Source: an uncultured Smithella sp.
GTDB taxonomy: Bacteria > Desulfobacterota > Syntrophia > Syntrophales > Smithellaceae
Assembly (NCBI GenBank): GCA_964539765.1
Contig: CAZIJZ010000001.1
Location: 52,248 to 116,247 of the forward strand
Direction of reading: 5' to 3'
Length of the DNA stretch: 64,000 nucleotides
Shown: positions 1 through 10,223 of the stretch, piece by piece
Position numbering within the stretch: the first letter of the stretch is position 1
Layout of the letters: the number at the start of each line of letters is the position of its first letter
Position numbers and translations under genes: made by a program
The notes under the pieces: generated by a model
Told to the model about the DNA's origin: nothing
The model's database searches: none
What the model saw: only the letters and a program-made list of their open reading frames with translations

Positions 1-106
1 CAACCGGAAGTTGTCCGGAAATGAAAATCAGTTCATTGGCTTCCACGGCTGCGGAATACGGTCCGGACACCGGAAATTCACTTGAAGCAATGATTTTCTT
101 TTTCAT
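1..106 (-). CDS. RidA/YjgF family protein, 5' end only (gene runs off the left edge)
   Basis: Not in the ORF track. The reverse complement of 1-106 reads MKKKIIASSEFPVSGPYSAAVEANELIFISGQLPV, a typical RidA N-terminus. Confidence 0.6.
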   Translation of the reverse strand, partial: MKKKIIASSEFPVSGPYSAAVEANELIFISGQLPV

Positions 107-148
107 GGTTTTGTCCCAAAATTATTTTATGTTCAAAACCTAACAGAT

Positions 149-1054
149 CTATAATGTTTCCAGCATTCTTTCTATGGAGCGTCTTGCTTTGTCGGCAATA
201 TCAGGGGGGACGATAATTTCGTGCGAGAGATTTTCGAGCGACCGGAGAACTTTTTCCAGAGTAATTATTTTCATATCTGCACAGATCGCTTTCTCCGATG
301 CGGGATGAAAAATCTTATCCGGATTTTCTTTTTTGAGTCGGTGAATGATTCCAATTTCCGTGCCGATGATAAATTCTTTCTCATCGGAATTTTTGATATA
401 TCTGCTCATGCCTTCGGTGGAAGATACGATGTCTGACAGTTCGGTGACGACGGGTTTGCATTCGGGATGAACAATAACCTTGGCCCCCGGATGACGCCTT
501 TTTGCCAGAAGAATGTGTTCCGGTAAAATGTCCGCGTGAACGGGACAGTATCCTTCCCAGATAATAAAATTGCATTTTGCCATTGAGGATACATACTGTG
601 CCAGATTCTGATCGGGAACAAAAATAATTTCTCTGTTGGCGGGGGAAATCTTCTGTGCCATTTTCAAGGCGTTGGCCGAAGTGCAGCAGTAATCACAAAG
701 CGCCTTGACCCTGGCGGAAGAGTTCACGTAACACATCGTAACCGCATCAGGATATCTTGATTGCAGGGTTTTTAAACCTTCCGGTTCGATCATATCGGCC
801 ATCGGACAACCGGCGTCTTTATCGGGGAGCAATACGATTTTTTTCGGGGACAATATTTTTGCGGTTTCCGCCATAAAATGAACGCCGCAGAACACGATTA
901 TCTCGGCACTTGTTTTTGCGGCTTCAATACTGAGCCCGAGTGAGTCGCCGACGAAATCAGCGACGTCCTGAATTTCAGGAGGCTGGTAATTATGTGCCAG
1001 AATAACGGCATTTTTTTCTTTTTTGAGTGTTTTAATTTTCCCGGTAATTTCCAT
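149..1054 (-). CDS. nadA: Quinolinate synthase NadA
   Basis: 301 aa. AVILAHNYQ, CGVHFMAET, GCPMA and HPEC motifs are typical of NadA. Confidence 0.9.
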   Translation of the reverse strand: MEITGKIKTLKKEKNAVILAHNYQPPEIQDVADFVGDSLGLSIEAAKTSAEIIVFCGVHFMAETAKILSPKKIVLLPDKDAGCPMADMIEPEGLKTLQSRYPDAVTMCYVNSSARVKALCDYCCTSANALKMAQKISPANREIIFVPDQNLAQYVSSMAKCNFIIWEGYCPVHADILPEHILLAKRRHPGAKVIVHPECKPVVTELSDIVSSTEGMSRYIKNSDEKEFIIGTEIGIIHRLKKENPDKIFHPASEKAICADMKIITLEKVLRSLENLSHEIIVPPDIADKARRSIERMLETL

Positions 1055-1234
1055 TACCTTTCCCGCCGTCGATGATTCATCATGAAAAATATCATTTATT
1101 TTGAAGGCGATTAAATCAGAAAAAAATCATTTGTCAAGAATTAAGAAAATCCGTTTATGGACGCGTTTTAAATACGATTATTGAAAATATATCGTTAAAA
1201 TCATTCCGGCCGCATTGTTCTTGAACCGCTAGCC

Positions 1235-2347
1235 TTAATGATTTTGGTTAAAGATAAAGAGCTTTTCACCGGGCGACAATTTCTGATTCACGCTGGAGAT
1301 GTCGTTCCAGATCATTATCGCTTTAACCGATACATTTAATTTTTTAGCGAGAGTGTAGAGATTGTCTCCTCTTTGAATCGTATAGACCGAATTTTCTTTT
1401 TCATCCTGCCATTGCTTCAGCAAAGTCTCATATCTTTCAGAAAAACGATTAGCAGAGCCTTTGGGAATTAAAATAACGTGCCGGCCCGCAGGAAGCTGAT
1501 ATTTTTTTAAGTGAGGGTTCAGGTCCTTAATCATCTTGAAATAAGTATCGGCTGCCTGGGCGATGACGTGAATTGGCACGGGATGATCTGACGATATTTC
1601 CACCTGATCAAATTGTGGTTGATGGTAGAGATCTTCCCGGTTGAGGTAAAATCCATATTTTTGAGGATCGGATAAAATGATCTTGGCGGCAAGAATTCTA
1701 AAAATATATCTCTGGGTCTCCTGGTTGAGGTGCAGTTGATAATAGTTATTCACCTTCTGCATCAGAATTTCTGTTTTCAGGCCGTCCTCGCCCATGTTAT
1801 AGGCTGCTGCGGCAAGGGTCCATGAGTCAAAGATTGATCGAAGGTCTTTCAGATACGCAACGGCCGCATCTGTGGAAGCAAAGAAATTTCGACGTTCATC
1901 GATATCTCCGCTAATGGTCATGTTATATCTCTTTCCAGTGCTTTCGATAAACTGCCAGAAACCGACTGCTCCTTTATGAGATGCCGCAAGAGGTTTGAGA
2001 GCGCTTTCCGCTATGACGATGTATTTCAGATCATCCGGAAGGCGATTATCTCTCAGAATTTTTTCGATATAGGGAAAATAACGGTTAGAGCGTTTCAGCC
2101 ATAAAATGACGTCATCGCTGTTTTGGAGAGAAACAAGCAATTCTCTTTCCAGTCTTTCCTTGACATCCGATTCTTGTAAGGGCACTTTTTCGTTACAGAA
2201 GGTAAGGGGCTCTCGGATTTTTAGCGCATCCACGAGTGATTGTCCCACCGATTTCTGCCATCCGATCTGCGCTTCCGCTGAAATCGTGCCGGTCATAATG
2301 ACGATAACCGCTAAAATGACTCCCCATAATTTACAAAGATGATTCAT
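1235..2347 (-). CDS. Secreted lytic transglycosylase (SLT domain) with C-terminal LysM
   Basis: 370 aa with a signal peptide. SLT motifs are AESALKP, GAVGFWQF and AAAYNMG. The C-terminal LysM is YTIQRGDNLYTLAKKLNVSV. Confidence 0.8.
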   Translation of the reverse strand: MNHLCKLWGVILAVIVIMTGTISAEAQIGWQKSVGQSLVDALKIREPLTFCNEKVPLQESDVKERLERELLVSLQNSDDVILWLKRSNRYFPYIEKILRDNRLPDDLKYIVIAESALKPLAASHKGAVGFWQFIESTGKRYNMTISGDIDERRNFFASTDAAVAYLKDLRSIFDSWTLAAAAYNMGEDGLKTEILMQKVNNYYQLHLNQETQRYIFRILAAKIILSDPQKYGFYLNREDLYHQPQFDQVEISSDHPVPIHVIAQAADTYFKMIKDLNPHLKKYQLPAGRHVILIPKGSANRFSERYETLLKQWQDEKENSVYTIQRGDNLYTLAKKLNVSVKAIMIWNDISSVNQKLSPGEKLFIFNQNH

Positions 2348-2494
2348 GGCTGTTTCTCCCGATAGTTGACTTTTATGTACTAAGGCAAAAAGCGTTTGTC
2401 AAATGAATAAACGACTCAATCTCTCCCGTGTTGAAAATGGCAAAAATCATTGTTTGTACTTGTCAATGCCGGGTGATGGTGTTATGAAAAAAAC

Positions 2495-4036
2495 ATGAAT
2501 AAAATGCTGGACAAAGAGAATCGTTTGCGATTTTCCGCAAAAGATGTCCGACGAATAGAACGTTTCGGACTTGATTTGCCATCCGTTGAAAAACAATTGC
2601 TGATGCACCGGCGCGGTCCGGCATTCATAAAATTGAACAGGCCCTGCGCGGTTCGTGATGGAATATTTTCTTTTTCAGCCGCGCAACAAAGGCGCTTTAT
2701 TGCCCTGTTTGAGCAGAAATCCGGTCAATACACATTGCAGAAATTTGTTCCCGCATCGGGTGCCGCCAGCCGCATGTTCAGCGAATGGTATGCTGTCGGA
2801 AACAAAGGGAGTTTCGGATCCCGATCGATAGATGAATGTTTTATCCGTAATCTTAAGAAGCTTCCATTTTATGATCGGATTGCCGATAACAGGCAGGGCA
2901 GAAAATTGCTGCAAGAAAAAAATATCAGCGGTTTGTTAAAATATGTTTTATCTTCCGAGGGGCTTCATTTAGGAAAATATCCGAAAGCACTGGTCCCTTT
3001 TCATCGATATCATTCAAAAGACATCCGCACACCGATGGAAGAACACATTGGTGAAGCCGCTTTTTATACGGTAAACAAAGGTAATGAAAGTCCTATTCAT
3101 TTTACGCTTTCTCCCGGTTTTAAATCAACCGTAACAGGATTTCTGAAGAATGTCGTTCCGAGATACTCGGAAAAAAATAAGATAAGATATAAGATATCCT
3201 TGTCCGTCCAGGCATTATCAACCAACACCATGGCGCTCGATGAAAACAATTTGCCTTTCCGGGACGAGAGAGGAAAAATCGTTTTTCGTCCCGGAGGTCA
3301 CGGGGCCCTGCTCGGTAATTTGAACCGGTTGGATGCGGATTTCGTGTTTGTTCGCAATATCGATAATATTGCGCCGGAAACACATTGGGGAAAAATTATT
3401 CCCTACAGAAAAATGATCGGCGGGGTAGCTATCCGGATGCGGGAAGAGATTGTTTCGTACATCCGGCAACTGAAAGATAAAAACATAGATCGCTCTCAGT
3501 TGGATGAAATGATTTCTTTCTGTTCCGATCAATTGAACATAGTGTTTGCCAAAACGTTTTTAAGGCTATCAGGACAGGAAAAAATAAAGATCCTTTTTTC
3601 CGTGTTGAATCGCCCGTTACGTGTTTGCGGTGTGGTGAAAAATGAAAATCAACCTGGCGGAGGTCCTTTTTGGGTTGAAGAAAAGGACGGAACGCAAACC
3701 CTTCAGATTGTGGAGAACGCGCATGTGAATATGCAGAAAAAAGATCAGGCGGATATCTGGTCGGGAGCCGGATATTTTAATCCGGTAGATATGGTGTGCT
3801 GTATCAAGGATTATCGGGGGAGGGTATTCAACCTCCGGAATTTCATCGATCATGATACCTATCTCATTACTTCAAAAAACGAGAAGGGCCGTGAAATCAA
3901 AGCCTTGGAAGTCCCGGGTCTATGGAATGGGTCCATGGCTTACTGGAATACTGTCTTTGTCAGGTTGCCGGTCATTGTTTTTAATCCCGTCAAAAGCGTT
4001 TACGATCTTTTACGTCCCGGGCACCGGGTTGGATAA
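2495..4036 (+). CDS. DUF4301-like protein with UDP-sugar pyrophosphorylase-like motifs
   Basis: 513 aa. FVPASGAASRMF, RPGGHGALL and FVRNIDN resemble the UDPGP nucleotidyltransferase fold. The overall layout matches my memory of DUF4301. Confidence 0.55.
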   Translation: MNKMLDKENRLRFSAKDVRRIERFGLDLPSVEKQLLMHRRGPAFIKLNRPCAVRDGIFSFSAAQQRRFIALFEQKSGQYTLQKFVPASGAASRMFSEWYAVGNKGSFGSRSIDECFIRNLKKLPFYDRIADNRQGRKLLQEKNISGLLKYVLSSEGLHLGKYPKALVPFHRYHSKDIRTPMEEHIGEAAFYTVNKGNESPIHFTLSPGFKSTVTGFLKNVVPRYSEKNKIRYKISLSVQALSTNTMALDENNLPFRDERGKIVFRPGGHGALLGNLNRLDADFVFVRNIDNIAPETHWGKIIPYRKMIGGVAIRMREEIVSYIRQLKDKNIDRSQLDEMISFCSDQLNIVFAKTFLRLSGQEKIKILFSVLNRPLRVCGVVKNENQPGGGPFWVEEKDGTQTLQIVENAHVNMQKKDQADIWSGAGYFNPVDMVCCIKDYRGRVFNLRNFIDHDTYLITSKNEKGREIKALEVPGLWNGSMAYWNTVFVRLPVIVFNPVKSVYDLLRPGHRVG

Positions 4037-4052
4037 CGTGAATATTGGAGCG

Positions 4053-5024
4053 TTAAATAATCCATCGCTGACAGTCTTCTCTTGCCGCTGAGGTTGACGT
4101 TAACTTTTCTGAAATCGTGTTACGTATGCAAATAACGTCCGCTTGAATATCAGGAGGCGCATCGCTGTAACGGGCGCACAGGGCGGCGGCGATCTTTTTA
4201 TCAGAATCCCCGCCGTTGGGAACCAGCACTAGGGGGCCGGGGAAATTAGCCATGTTGAAAATCAAATCGCCGGGACCGATCAGTTTTCTCAACGCTTCAT
4301 TATCAGCCCGGTTTCTGCCGACGATAATCTTGCATTGATCGCTGATGCGAAAATGGCGTCCGTATTTAAGTAGTTCATAATCGCGTATATCCGGTGTGAC
4401 CTGATGAGCAAATAAATCGCGTAAACGCCGGGAGAAGATCGGGTCGGTCAGCAGGCATCCCCCCGCCGGAGGAGCGTAATTAACAATGCCGAAGTCGGCT
4501 GCAAGTGTCATTTGCTGTTTTCGTCCCCGTCCCTGAATGGCAAGCAGTTGCGATCGATCGATGAGTTTTTCTCTTTCCGCCTTTATGGGATCCAGAAGGT
4601 TCGCGCTGAGCGGACGTAAAATATAATCCTGATAGCCGGATTTTTTGGCGATGACGTACAGCGATTGTTTGTTTTGTGACATGGGACGCTGGCCTAAAAC
4701 TTCTCCGGTGAAGATGAAATCTCTCCCGGTTTCGCTCATTCTTTTTCCCGCAATATGAAGCATCAGAGTATGACAGTCGATGCATGGATTCATATTTTTC
4801 CCGTAACCGTACCGCGGAGATTTGAGCATATGCAGATGTTCCGTGGTGATGTCCTGAATTTCCAGAGGCAGATTGATTTGACGACTGGCCGCCAGGGCTT
4901 TTTGTGCGTCAAAAAAAGGTGTGGTAAAACTCAGACAGAGAACATTAATATTCTGTCTGCGGATTAACTCCGCCGCCAGGATGCTGTCCAATCCGCCTGA
5001 AAAAAGAGCGATAGCTTTGACCAT
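4053..5024 (-). CDS. PP-loop ATP pyrophosphatase family protein (ThiI/MnmA-like tRNA thiolase family)
   Basis: 323 aa. N-terminal SGGLDS PP-loop and an NPCIDCH motif. Confidence 0.6.
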   Translation of the reverse strand: MVKAIALFSGGLDSILAAELIRRQNINVLCLSFTTPFFDAQKALAASRQINLPLEIQDITTEHLHMLKSPRYGYGKNMNPCIDCHTLMLHIAGKRMSETGRDFIFTGEVLGQRPMSQNKQSLYVIAKKSGYQDYILRPLSANLLDPIKAEREKLIDRSQLLAIQGRGRKQQMTLAADFGIVNYAPPAGGCLLTDPIFSRRLRDLFAHQVTPDIRDYELLKYGRHFRISDQCKIIVGRNRADNEALRKLIGPGDLIFNMANFPGPLVLVPNGGDSDKKIAAALCARYSDAPPDIQADVICIRNTISEKLTSTSAAREDCQRWII

Positions 5025-5206
5025 AAATATTCCTTAGAAAATATCCTTATTGAAAGAAATTGTCTTCTGAGAAGAACGATTCAACAAAAAACAAGATTGA
5101 TCCATGGATATTTTTTATATCGATTAAAAAAGAGAAACAATCGAAGCTGCTTTCGGATAAACGTTTAATCGGTTTTTAGAAAATCTCCGGGATGTTATAA
5201 AATAAA

Positions 5207-6922
5207 TCAATATCGGGCTATCTGGGCTGACCACATTTCCTGCAGTAAACCGCGCAATCCGGCATCCATATCGAAATTAACAATGTATAAATTTTCATTA
5301 ATTTTAGTGCCGTTGAATTTTAAAGCGTAAGGAGCCTGGTTTTTTTCCGTTCCGGCAAAAGTGTAACTGCCGTAATTAAAAGGGATATCAAGGCCGCTTA
5401 AAATATTGGCCAGGATATTTTTAGGAGAATCGCTATCGCTGATAAAGATCGTTTCATGACCGGCTTGTTTTAAAGCATTGATAAATTGCTGAGAAAGCGA
5501 TTGAGAGTAGATGACATATTTTTTGTTTTCTTTGCTGACCAGAACATCTGCCTTCAGGGAAAGATTAAACCCGTCCTTTACGGAGTCGAATATTTGAATT
5601 TCGACATCTTTTTCGGCGTTCAGTCCAAGATGAGTAGCCAGTGCGTAGGAAAAATCCTTAGCTGTTGTTGTGGGGAAAACGGGAATCGGCGGTAGGGAGT
5701 ACAACTCTTCGGGTTTCCCCATCATGCCGGTTTCTTCTGAAAATTCGGTTATGATTAATCCGTTTTTCTGGGCATAGTTTTTAATTGAATTGGGCAGCAG
5801 CAGGTTATTTTCATAGATAAGGCGCAAACCCTGTATGATGGACTGCGATTGTTGCCCGGGTATGGGTTTTACAATTAACCAATCGACCATGACCTCGACC
5901 GGCGGCACAGCGCCGAATGTCAATGGCCGTTCACTTTTAATCATGTTGTATTTTTTTGTGGTGCTCATAATTTTTTTCAGGATGCTGACAGTATCGTCAT
6001 GGATGTCCGCTTTTACCAAATGATAGTTTTTCCAGTTGTTGGCAATGATCTTTTTTAAATTATTGTGAGCCCTGTTTTCCAGATCAAGAAAGACAGTCGT
6101 ATTGTCGTCAAATTCTATAAGCGGAATTTTAGAGCAATCAATGGTAATTTGTCCGGCCTGAGGCAGGGGAAGATAATAATTACCGGTTGCTGTGAACGTT
6201 CCGTTCATCTGAGTTATAATATGTTTCAGAAGGGCAAAACGAACTTCCGGCGGCATGCTTTTCTTGTCTTTAATTTCAATGATTTTTTCTACCTGAATCG
6301 ATTTCCCTGATGATTTTTCCATTGCATCTGCAAGGGGGATTGTTTCATCAGAAGATTTAACGAATACGGTTTTTCCGGGAAGCTTTATAACTGTTCCGGG
6401 GTAAATTCTATTGATGTTTTTAACGCTGGAATTGATGGATTTAATCGAACGAACCATCCGGGGGATGCTGGTTTCGGAGACCTTAAGCTCACGTCGAACA
6501 ATGTTGAATAAAGTATCTCCTTTTTTTATCGTGTAATATACGCTTTTCGACGAAGAATTTTTTTCTGCGTAAGTCGGAATGGTTTTATTTTTTTTGGGGT
6601 CTTCTGCCGTTGATGGTTTTCCGGGAAGAAAAACGGATTGGCCGACTTCCAGATTGTTAATGTCAGGGATGTGAGGATTAAGTTCTTTAATCAGCTGATA
6701 GTTGGTTAAGAGGTCTCTTTCCGTTGTTCCGGGGATTTTTCTGATTATATTTAATAGAATATCTCCCTCTTTTACTGTGTAAGTGTAGAGGTTTTTTCTG
6801 GCGATGGCGGTTTTCTTCAGCTGAATCTGCACCGTATCTTCATTAGCCGCGTCAGCATGATAAACCAAGGCTATGGAAGCAAACACAATGATCAAAACCA
6901 AAACGTACCGTTTAAACATCAA
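5207..6922 (-). CDS. Secreted protein with two LysM domains and an unassigned C-terminal domain
   Basis: 571 aa with a signal peptide. LysM repeats are YTVKEGDILLNIIRKI and YTIKKGDTLFNIVRREL. Confidence 0.6.
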   Translation of the reverse strand: MMFKRYVLVLIIVFASIALVYHADAANEDTVQIQLKKTAIARKNLYTYTVKEGDILLNIIRKIPGTTERDLLTNYQLIKELNPHIPDINNLEVGQSVFLPGKPSTAEDPKKNKTIPTYAEKNSSSKSVYYTIKKGDTLFNIVRRELKVSETSIPRMVRSIKSINSSVKNINRIYPGTVIKLPGKTVFVKSSDETIPLADAMEKSSGKSIQVEKIIEIKDKKSMPPEVRFALLKHIITQMNGTFTATGNYYLPLPQAGQITIDCSKIPLIEFDDNTTVFLDLENRAHNNLKKIIANNWKNYHLVKADIHDDTVSILKKIMSTTKKYNMIKSERPLTFGAVPPVEVMVDWLIVKPIPGQQSQSIIQGLRLIYENNLLLPNSIKNYAQKNGLIITEFSEETGMMGKPEELYSLPPIPVFPTTTAKDFSYALATHLGLNAEKDVEIQIFDSVKDGFNLSLKADVLVSKENKKYVIYSQSLSQQFINALKQAGHETIFISDSDSPKNILANILSGLDIPFNYGSYTFAGTEKNQAPYALKFNGTKINENLYIVNFDMDAGLRGLLQEMWSAQIARY

Positions 6923-7062
6923 AATCTTCCCCCTGTTTTAATTATTAAAATCATGTCTGTAGTTTGTTGTGAAATTACTTTAATTAGCAATAAAAGTCAA
7001 CCTCTTATATAGATTTGATAAGAAAAAAGAGAGATATTTTCTGCGGAAAATAAAATTTATTT

Positions 7063-7088
7063 TGACAAAAATATCGGGGAATGCCCCG
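7063..7088 (-). terminator. Putative intrinsic terminator after the DUF1385 gene
   Basis: On the minus strand, a CGGGG-CATT-CCCCG hairpin (7075-7088) is followed by ATATTTTTG. It lies 11 nt after the stop codon. Confidence 0.4.
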
Positions 7089-7098
7089 GGAATAAAAA

Positions 7099-7968
7099 TC
7101 AAACGACTTTTTTCATGGCGGCTATGGCCACTTCAATTTGATCGTCTGACGGTTCTCGGGTGGTAATCTTTTGCAGCATCAATCCCGGCCAGCTTAAAAT
7201 CTGGACCAGTTTGGAATGCTTGTATTTTCCGGTAAAACGAATTGCTTCGTACGAAATTCCTGAAACAACGGGAAGCAGCAGAATTTTATATAGAACTCTG
7301 TGCAGAAAATCAGGACGTCCGAGCAAAGAAAACACCAGGATGGACACAATCATCACGAAAAGAATGAAGCTCGTTCCGCAACGCGGATGACGGGTTGAAT
7401 AATTTTTGATGTTTTCAACGGTAAGCTCCTGACCGTTTTCCCAGGCGAAAACGGTTTTATGCTCGGCGCCATGATACATATAAACGCGTTTCATGTCCTG
7501 CATGAGCAGTGTCGCGGCCAGAAAGCAAAGGAACATTCCCAAACGAACACAACCTTCCAGAATATTTAAAAGAAAAAGATTATCTACATAGAATTTTATT
7601 TTGGTAAAGAAAAACGCCGGCACGACGACAAAGAAGAAAATAGCAATCGAGAAACTTATAAAAAGGGAGAGATACATTTCCCAGTCTTTTGGTTTTCTTT
7701 CCTCTTCGGACAACGCCACCTCGGCGGAAAACATGAGAGCTTTGAATCCGACAATCATCATTTCAAACAGCGTGATGGTTCCGCGGATGAACATCCATCC
7801 AAGGATTTTATGGCGCTTGGTCAAAGGAACATATTCCTGCTCCTGAAAAACGATTTCCTGATCCGGCCTCCGGACGGCTGCCGCTATTTTGTTGCCGTGA
7901 CGCATCATGACGCCTTCGATCAGTGCCTGTCCGCCGGCGATATCTTCTGGTTGTGGTTTTGATGGCAT
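7099..7968 (-). CDS. DUF1385 domain membrane protein
   Basis: 289 aa. YHGAEHK motif and several TM segments are typical of DUF1385. Confidence 0.7.
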   Translation of the reverse strand: MPSKPQPEDIAGGQALIEGVMMRHGNKIAAAVRRPDQEIVFQEQEYVPLTKRHKILGWMFIRGTITLFEMMIVGFKALMFSAEVALSEEERKPKDWEMYLSLFISFSIAIFFFVVVPAFFFTKIKFYVDNLFLLNILEGCVRLGMFLCFLAATLLMQDMKRVYMYHGAEHKTVFAWENGQELTVENIKNYSTRHPRCGTSFILFVMIVSILVFSLLGRPDFLHRVLYKILLLPVVSGISYEAIRFTGKYKHSKLVQILSWPGLMLQKITTREPSDDQIEVAIAAMKKVV

Positions 7969-8045
7969 ATTGTTTATTCTTCGCGTTTTTGGATGTCTTT
8001 ATAGCATTTGTTCTATGGTGTCAAATTATGATTTCAAATTCCCTG

Positions 8046-8072
8046 TTGCAAGATAAACAACCATGATATAAT
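8046..8072 (+). promoter_or_regulatory. Putative sigma-70 promoter (extended -10)
   Basis: TTGCAA (8046-8051), 15-nt spacer, TG-n-TATAAT (TG 8064-8065, TATAAT 8067-8072). It lies upstream of the 8103 operon. Confidence 0.45.
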
Positions 8073-8102
8073 ACTACATCCATGTAAGAAAAGGAGATTA
8101 AG

Positions 8103-8321
8103 ATGGCACAAATGAGTTCGTCCGATTTGTTTATCAAGGAATATCAGGATCGTTTTGAAAAGAAAGTCAGGGAAAATGAAATTGCCTCTTTGGAACACTG
8201 GAAAGCCCAACTGGACAAGGTTGTTGCCATGCGACCGGACGGCGTTGCGTCCATGCAATTGCAGATCACAAAAATATCGGAAATGATGGCGAATCGAATC
8301 AAAACATTAAAGAAGGAATAG
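8103..8321 (+). CDS. Small hypothetical protein (72 aa, helical)
   Basis: AGGAG RBS upstream. Its stop abuts the start of the next gene. No family recognised. Confidence 0.4.
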   Translation: MAQMSSSDLFIKEYQDRFEKKVRENEIASLEHWKAQLDKVVAMRPDGVASMQLQITKISEMMANRIKTLKKE

Positions 8322-8322
8322 G

Positions 8323-8898
8323 ATGGACAGCATCGCTGATTTTTTATTTGAAGTGGGAATGCTCAGCAGGACTCCGCGCAGTGGTTATCAGTTTCTGGGT
8401 AGCGGCAGGGAATCGGTTGCCGAGCACATTTTACGCACGGTGTTTGTAGGATACGCGCTGTGTAAAATGGATAAATCGCTTGACGAGCAGCGGGTATTGA
8501 AAATGTGCATCCTTCATGATTTGCCGGAAGCACGAACCGGAGATATGAATTATGTCAATAAAAAATACGTTCACGTGAATGAAGAAAAAGCGATTCTGGA
8601 ATTAACGGAAAATCTTTTTTTCGGTGCGGACATCAAGGGGGCTATCGACGAGTTTAATCGCAAGGAGACCAGGGAATCCTTAACGGCCAGAGATGCCGAT
8701 CAAATAGCTCTGATTTTGCAGTTGAAAGAATGCGGGGATCTGGGCAATAAATACTCTGAGGAGTGGATCAATTATGCCGTGCAGCGGTTAACCACTGAAA
8801 ACGGCAAAAAACTGACGGAGAAAATTATCAAAACGGATTCCTCCCTGTGGTGGTTTAAAGATAAAGGGGACTGGTGGATAAACGGGAATAGTGTCTGA
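8323..8898 (+). CDS. HD-domain phosphohydrolase (YfbR-like)
   Basis: 191 aa. AEHILR...ILHDLPEARTGD is an HD motif. Confidence 0.75.
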   Translation: MDSIADFLFEVGMLSRTPRSGYQFLGSGRESVAEHILRTVFVGYALCKMDKSLDEQRVLKMCILHDLPEARTGDMNYVNKKYVHVNEEKAILELTENLFFGADIKGAIDEFNRKETRESLTARDADQIALILQLKECGDLGNKYSEEWINYAVQRLTTENGKKLTEKIIKTDSSLWWFKDKGDWWINGNSV

Positions 8899-9370
8899 AA
8901 ATCGCGTCCCGACAATGATTAATTCTATGACCGGCAGAAATGGCTGTTTAATAATTTTCATGATGATGTTTTTCATCTTCAATCTCGTTTCCTGTTTGGG
9001 AGAGGTGGGACGTACCGTCATTCCGCAACCTGATCGCTTCAAACGGTCCTATGAAGCGAAAGAAAAGATTATTCTCCGGGCGGCAGCCCGCGTTTTCAGG
9101 GAAAAAAACATGGGGGCCAATGTGACGATCGATTACGATAATAAACGGATCGATTCTGATTATGTTGTTTCCGGAAACTGGCGCACCAAGGCCGTGGCCA
9201 GCACAAAAAAAATCAACTGGAAGGAATCCGAGCTGACCATTTCCGTTATAGCGGAAAAGCATACTCCCGGCGGTTGGGAGTTGCGAAGACTTTTACAAGA
9301 AGCGCAGTATGATAATTTATTCAGTGTCATTGATTTAAAAATTTACGAAGAAATGTCCAAGCTTGAATAA
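8891..9370 (+). CDS. Putative lipoprotein
   Basis: 159 aa. A hydrophobic leader ends in the lipobox LVSC. It overlaps the HD gene by 8 nt. The exact start is uncertain. Confidence 0.5.
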   Translation: MSENRVPTMINSMTGRNGCLIIFMMMFFIFNLVSCLGEVGRTVIPQPDRFKRSYEAKEKIILRAAARVFREKNMGANVTIDYDNKRIDSDYVVSGNWRTKAVASTKKINWKESELTISVIAEKHTPGGWELRRLLQEAQYDNLFSVIDLKIYEEMSKLE

Positions 9371-9394
9371 TTCAAAGTTTCGAAAGGAGGTAAC

Positions 9395-9799
9395 ATGACT
9401 GCCCCCAAAAAAGTGTCAACCATGATGGAGGAATTCAAGAATTTTGCATTAAAAGGTAATGTTATTGATCTTGCCATTGGTGTTATCATCGGCGCTGCCT
9501 TTGGTAAAATCATTGATTCGCTGGTGAAACACATTATTATGCCCCTGGTCAGTGTTGTTATTCCCGGGGAACAGGGATATCTGGCATGGAAGTGGATCAT
9601 CAACGGCAAGGAAGTTCCTTACGGGTTGTTTATCGGAGAGGTGGTAAACTTTTTCATTGTTGCGCTGGCTTTGTATATTTTCATTGTCAAATTTATAGGC
9701 ATGATCATGAAGAGTAAAGAGGAAGAAGCTGCGGCACCGGCGGTCCTGACGAAGGATCAGGAATTGCTCACCGAGATCAAGGAACTATTGAGAAAGTAA
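9395..9799 (+). CDS. mscL: Large-conductance mechanosensitive channel MscL
   Basis: 134 aa. FKNFALKGNVIDLAIGVIIGAAFGKII is canonical for MscL. Confidence 0.9.
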   Translation: MTAPKKVSTMMEEFKNFALKGNVIDLAIGVIIGAAFGKIIDSLVKHIIMPLVSVVIPGEQGYLAWKWIINGKEVPYGLFIGEVVNFFIVALALYIFIVKFIGMIMKSKEEEAAAPAVLTKDQELLTEIKELLRK

Positions 9800-9826
9800 G
9801 AAACAGGTTTCTTATTTATCATTCTT

Positions 9827-9864
9827 TAAGCTTGGGCAAAAACATTAATCTTTGCCCAAGCTTA
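9827..9864. terminator. Bidirectional hairpin between convergent genes
   Basis: A perfect 14-bp stem, TAAGCTTGGGCAAA (9827-9840) with TTTGCCCAAGCTTA (9851-9864), and a 10-nt loop. Confidence 0.55.
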
Positions 9865-9890
9865 AATATCCGGTTATTTTTCAAACAGGT

Positions 9891-10076
9891 CTATTTGCCT
9901 GCTCGGCTCTCGCGAAAGAAATTCGTTAAAAAATCGGTATCTTTGGGTGATAGATCGAATTTGAAAATAGCTTTTTCGATGAGTTTTTGTAAGGGCTCAT
10001 TTTCAGTTTCCAGATTCGTCGATATCCATTTGATTGCTTTTTGTACATTTTCCGCTTCCGGCATAATTGTAGCCAT
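9891..10076 (-). CDS. Small hypothetical protein (61 aa)
   Basis: ORF with a GGAGGA RBS upstream. No family recognised. Confidence 0.4.
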   Translation of the reverse strand: MATIMPEAENVQKAIKWISTNLETENEPLQKLIEKAIFKFDLSPKDTDFLTNFFRESRAGK

Positions 10077-10223
10077 GAGTAGATCCTCCTGATTTTATTT
10101 TAGAAGTTGCATTTTATAATGTTAAAATCTTATCATTAATACTCATATACTATAAATTAGCAAAGAAATTAATTTATTTTTTTAAATTCTTTAAAAGAAA
10201 AATTTTCTATGGAGAGGATGTTT

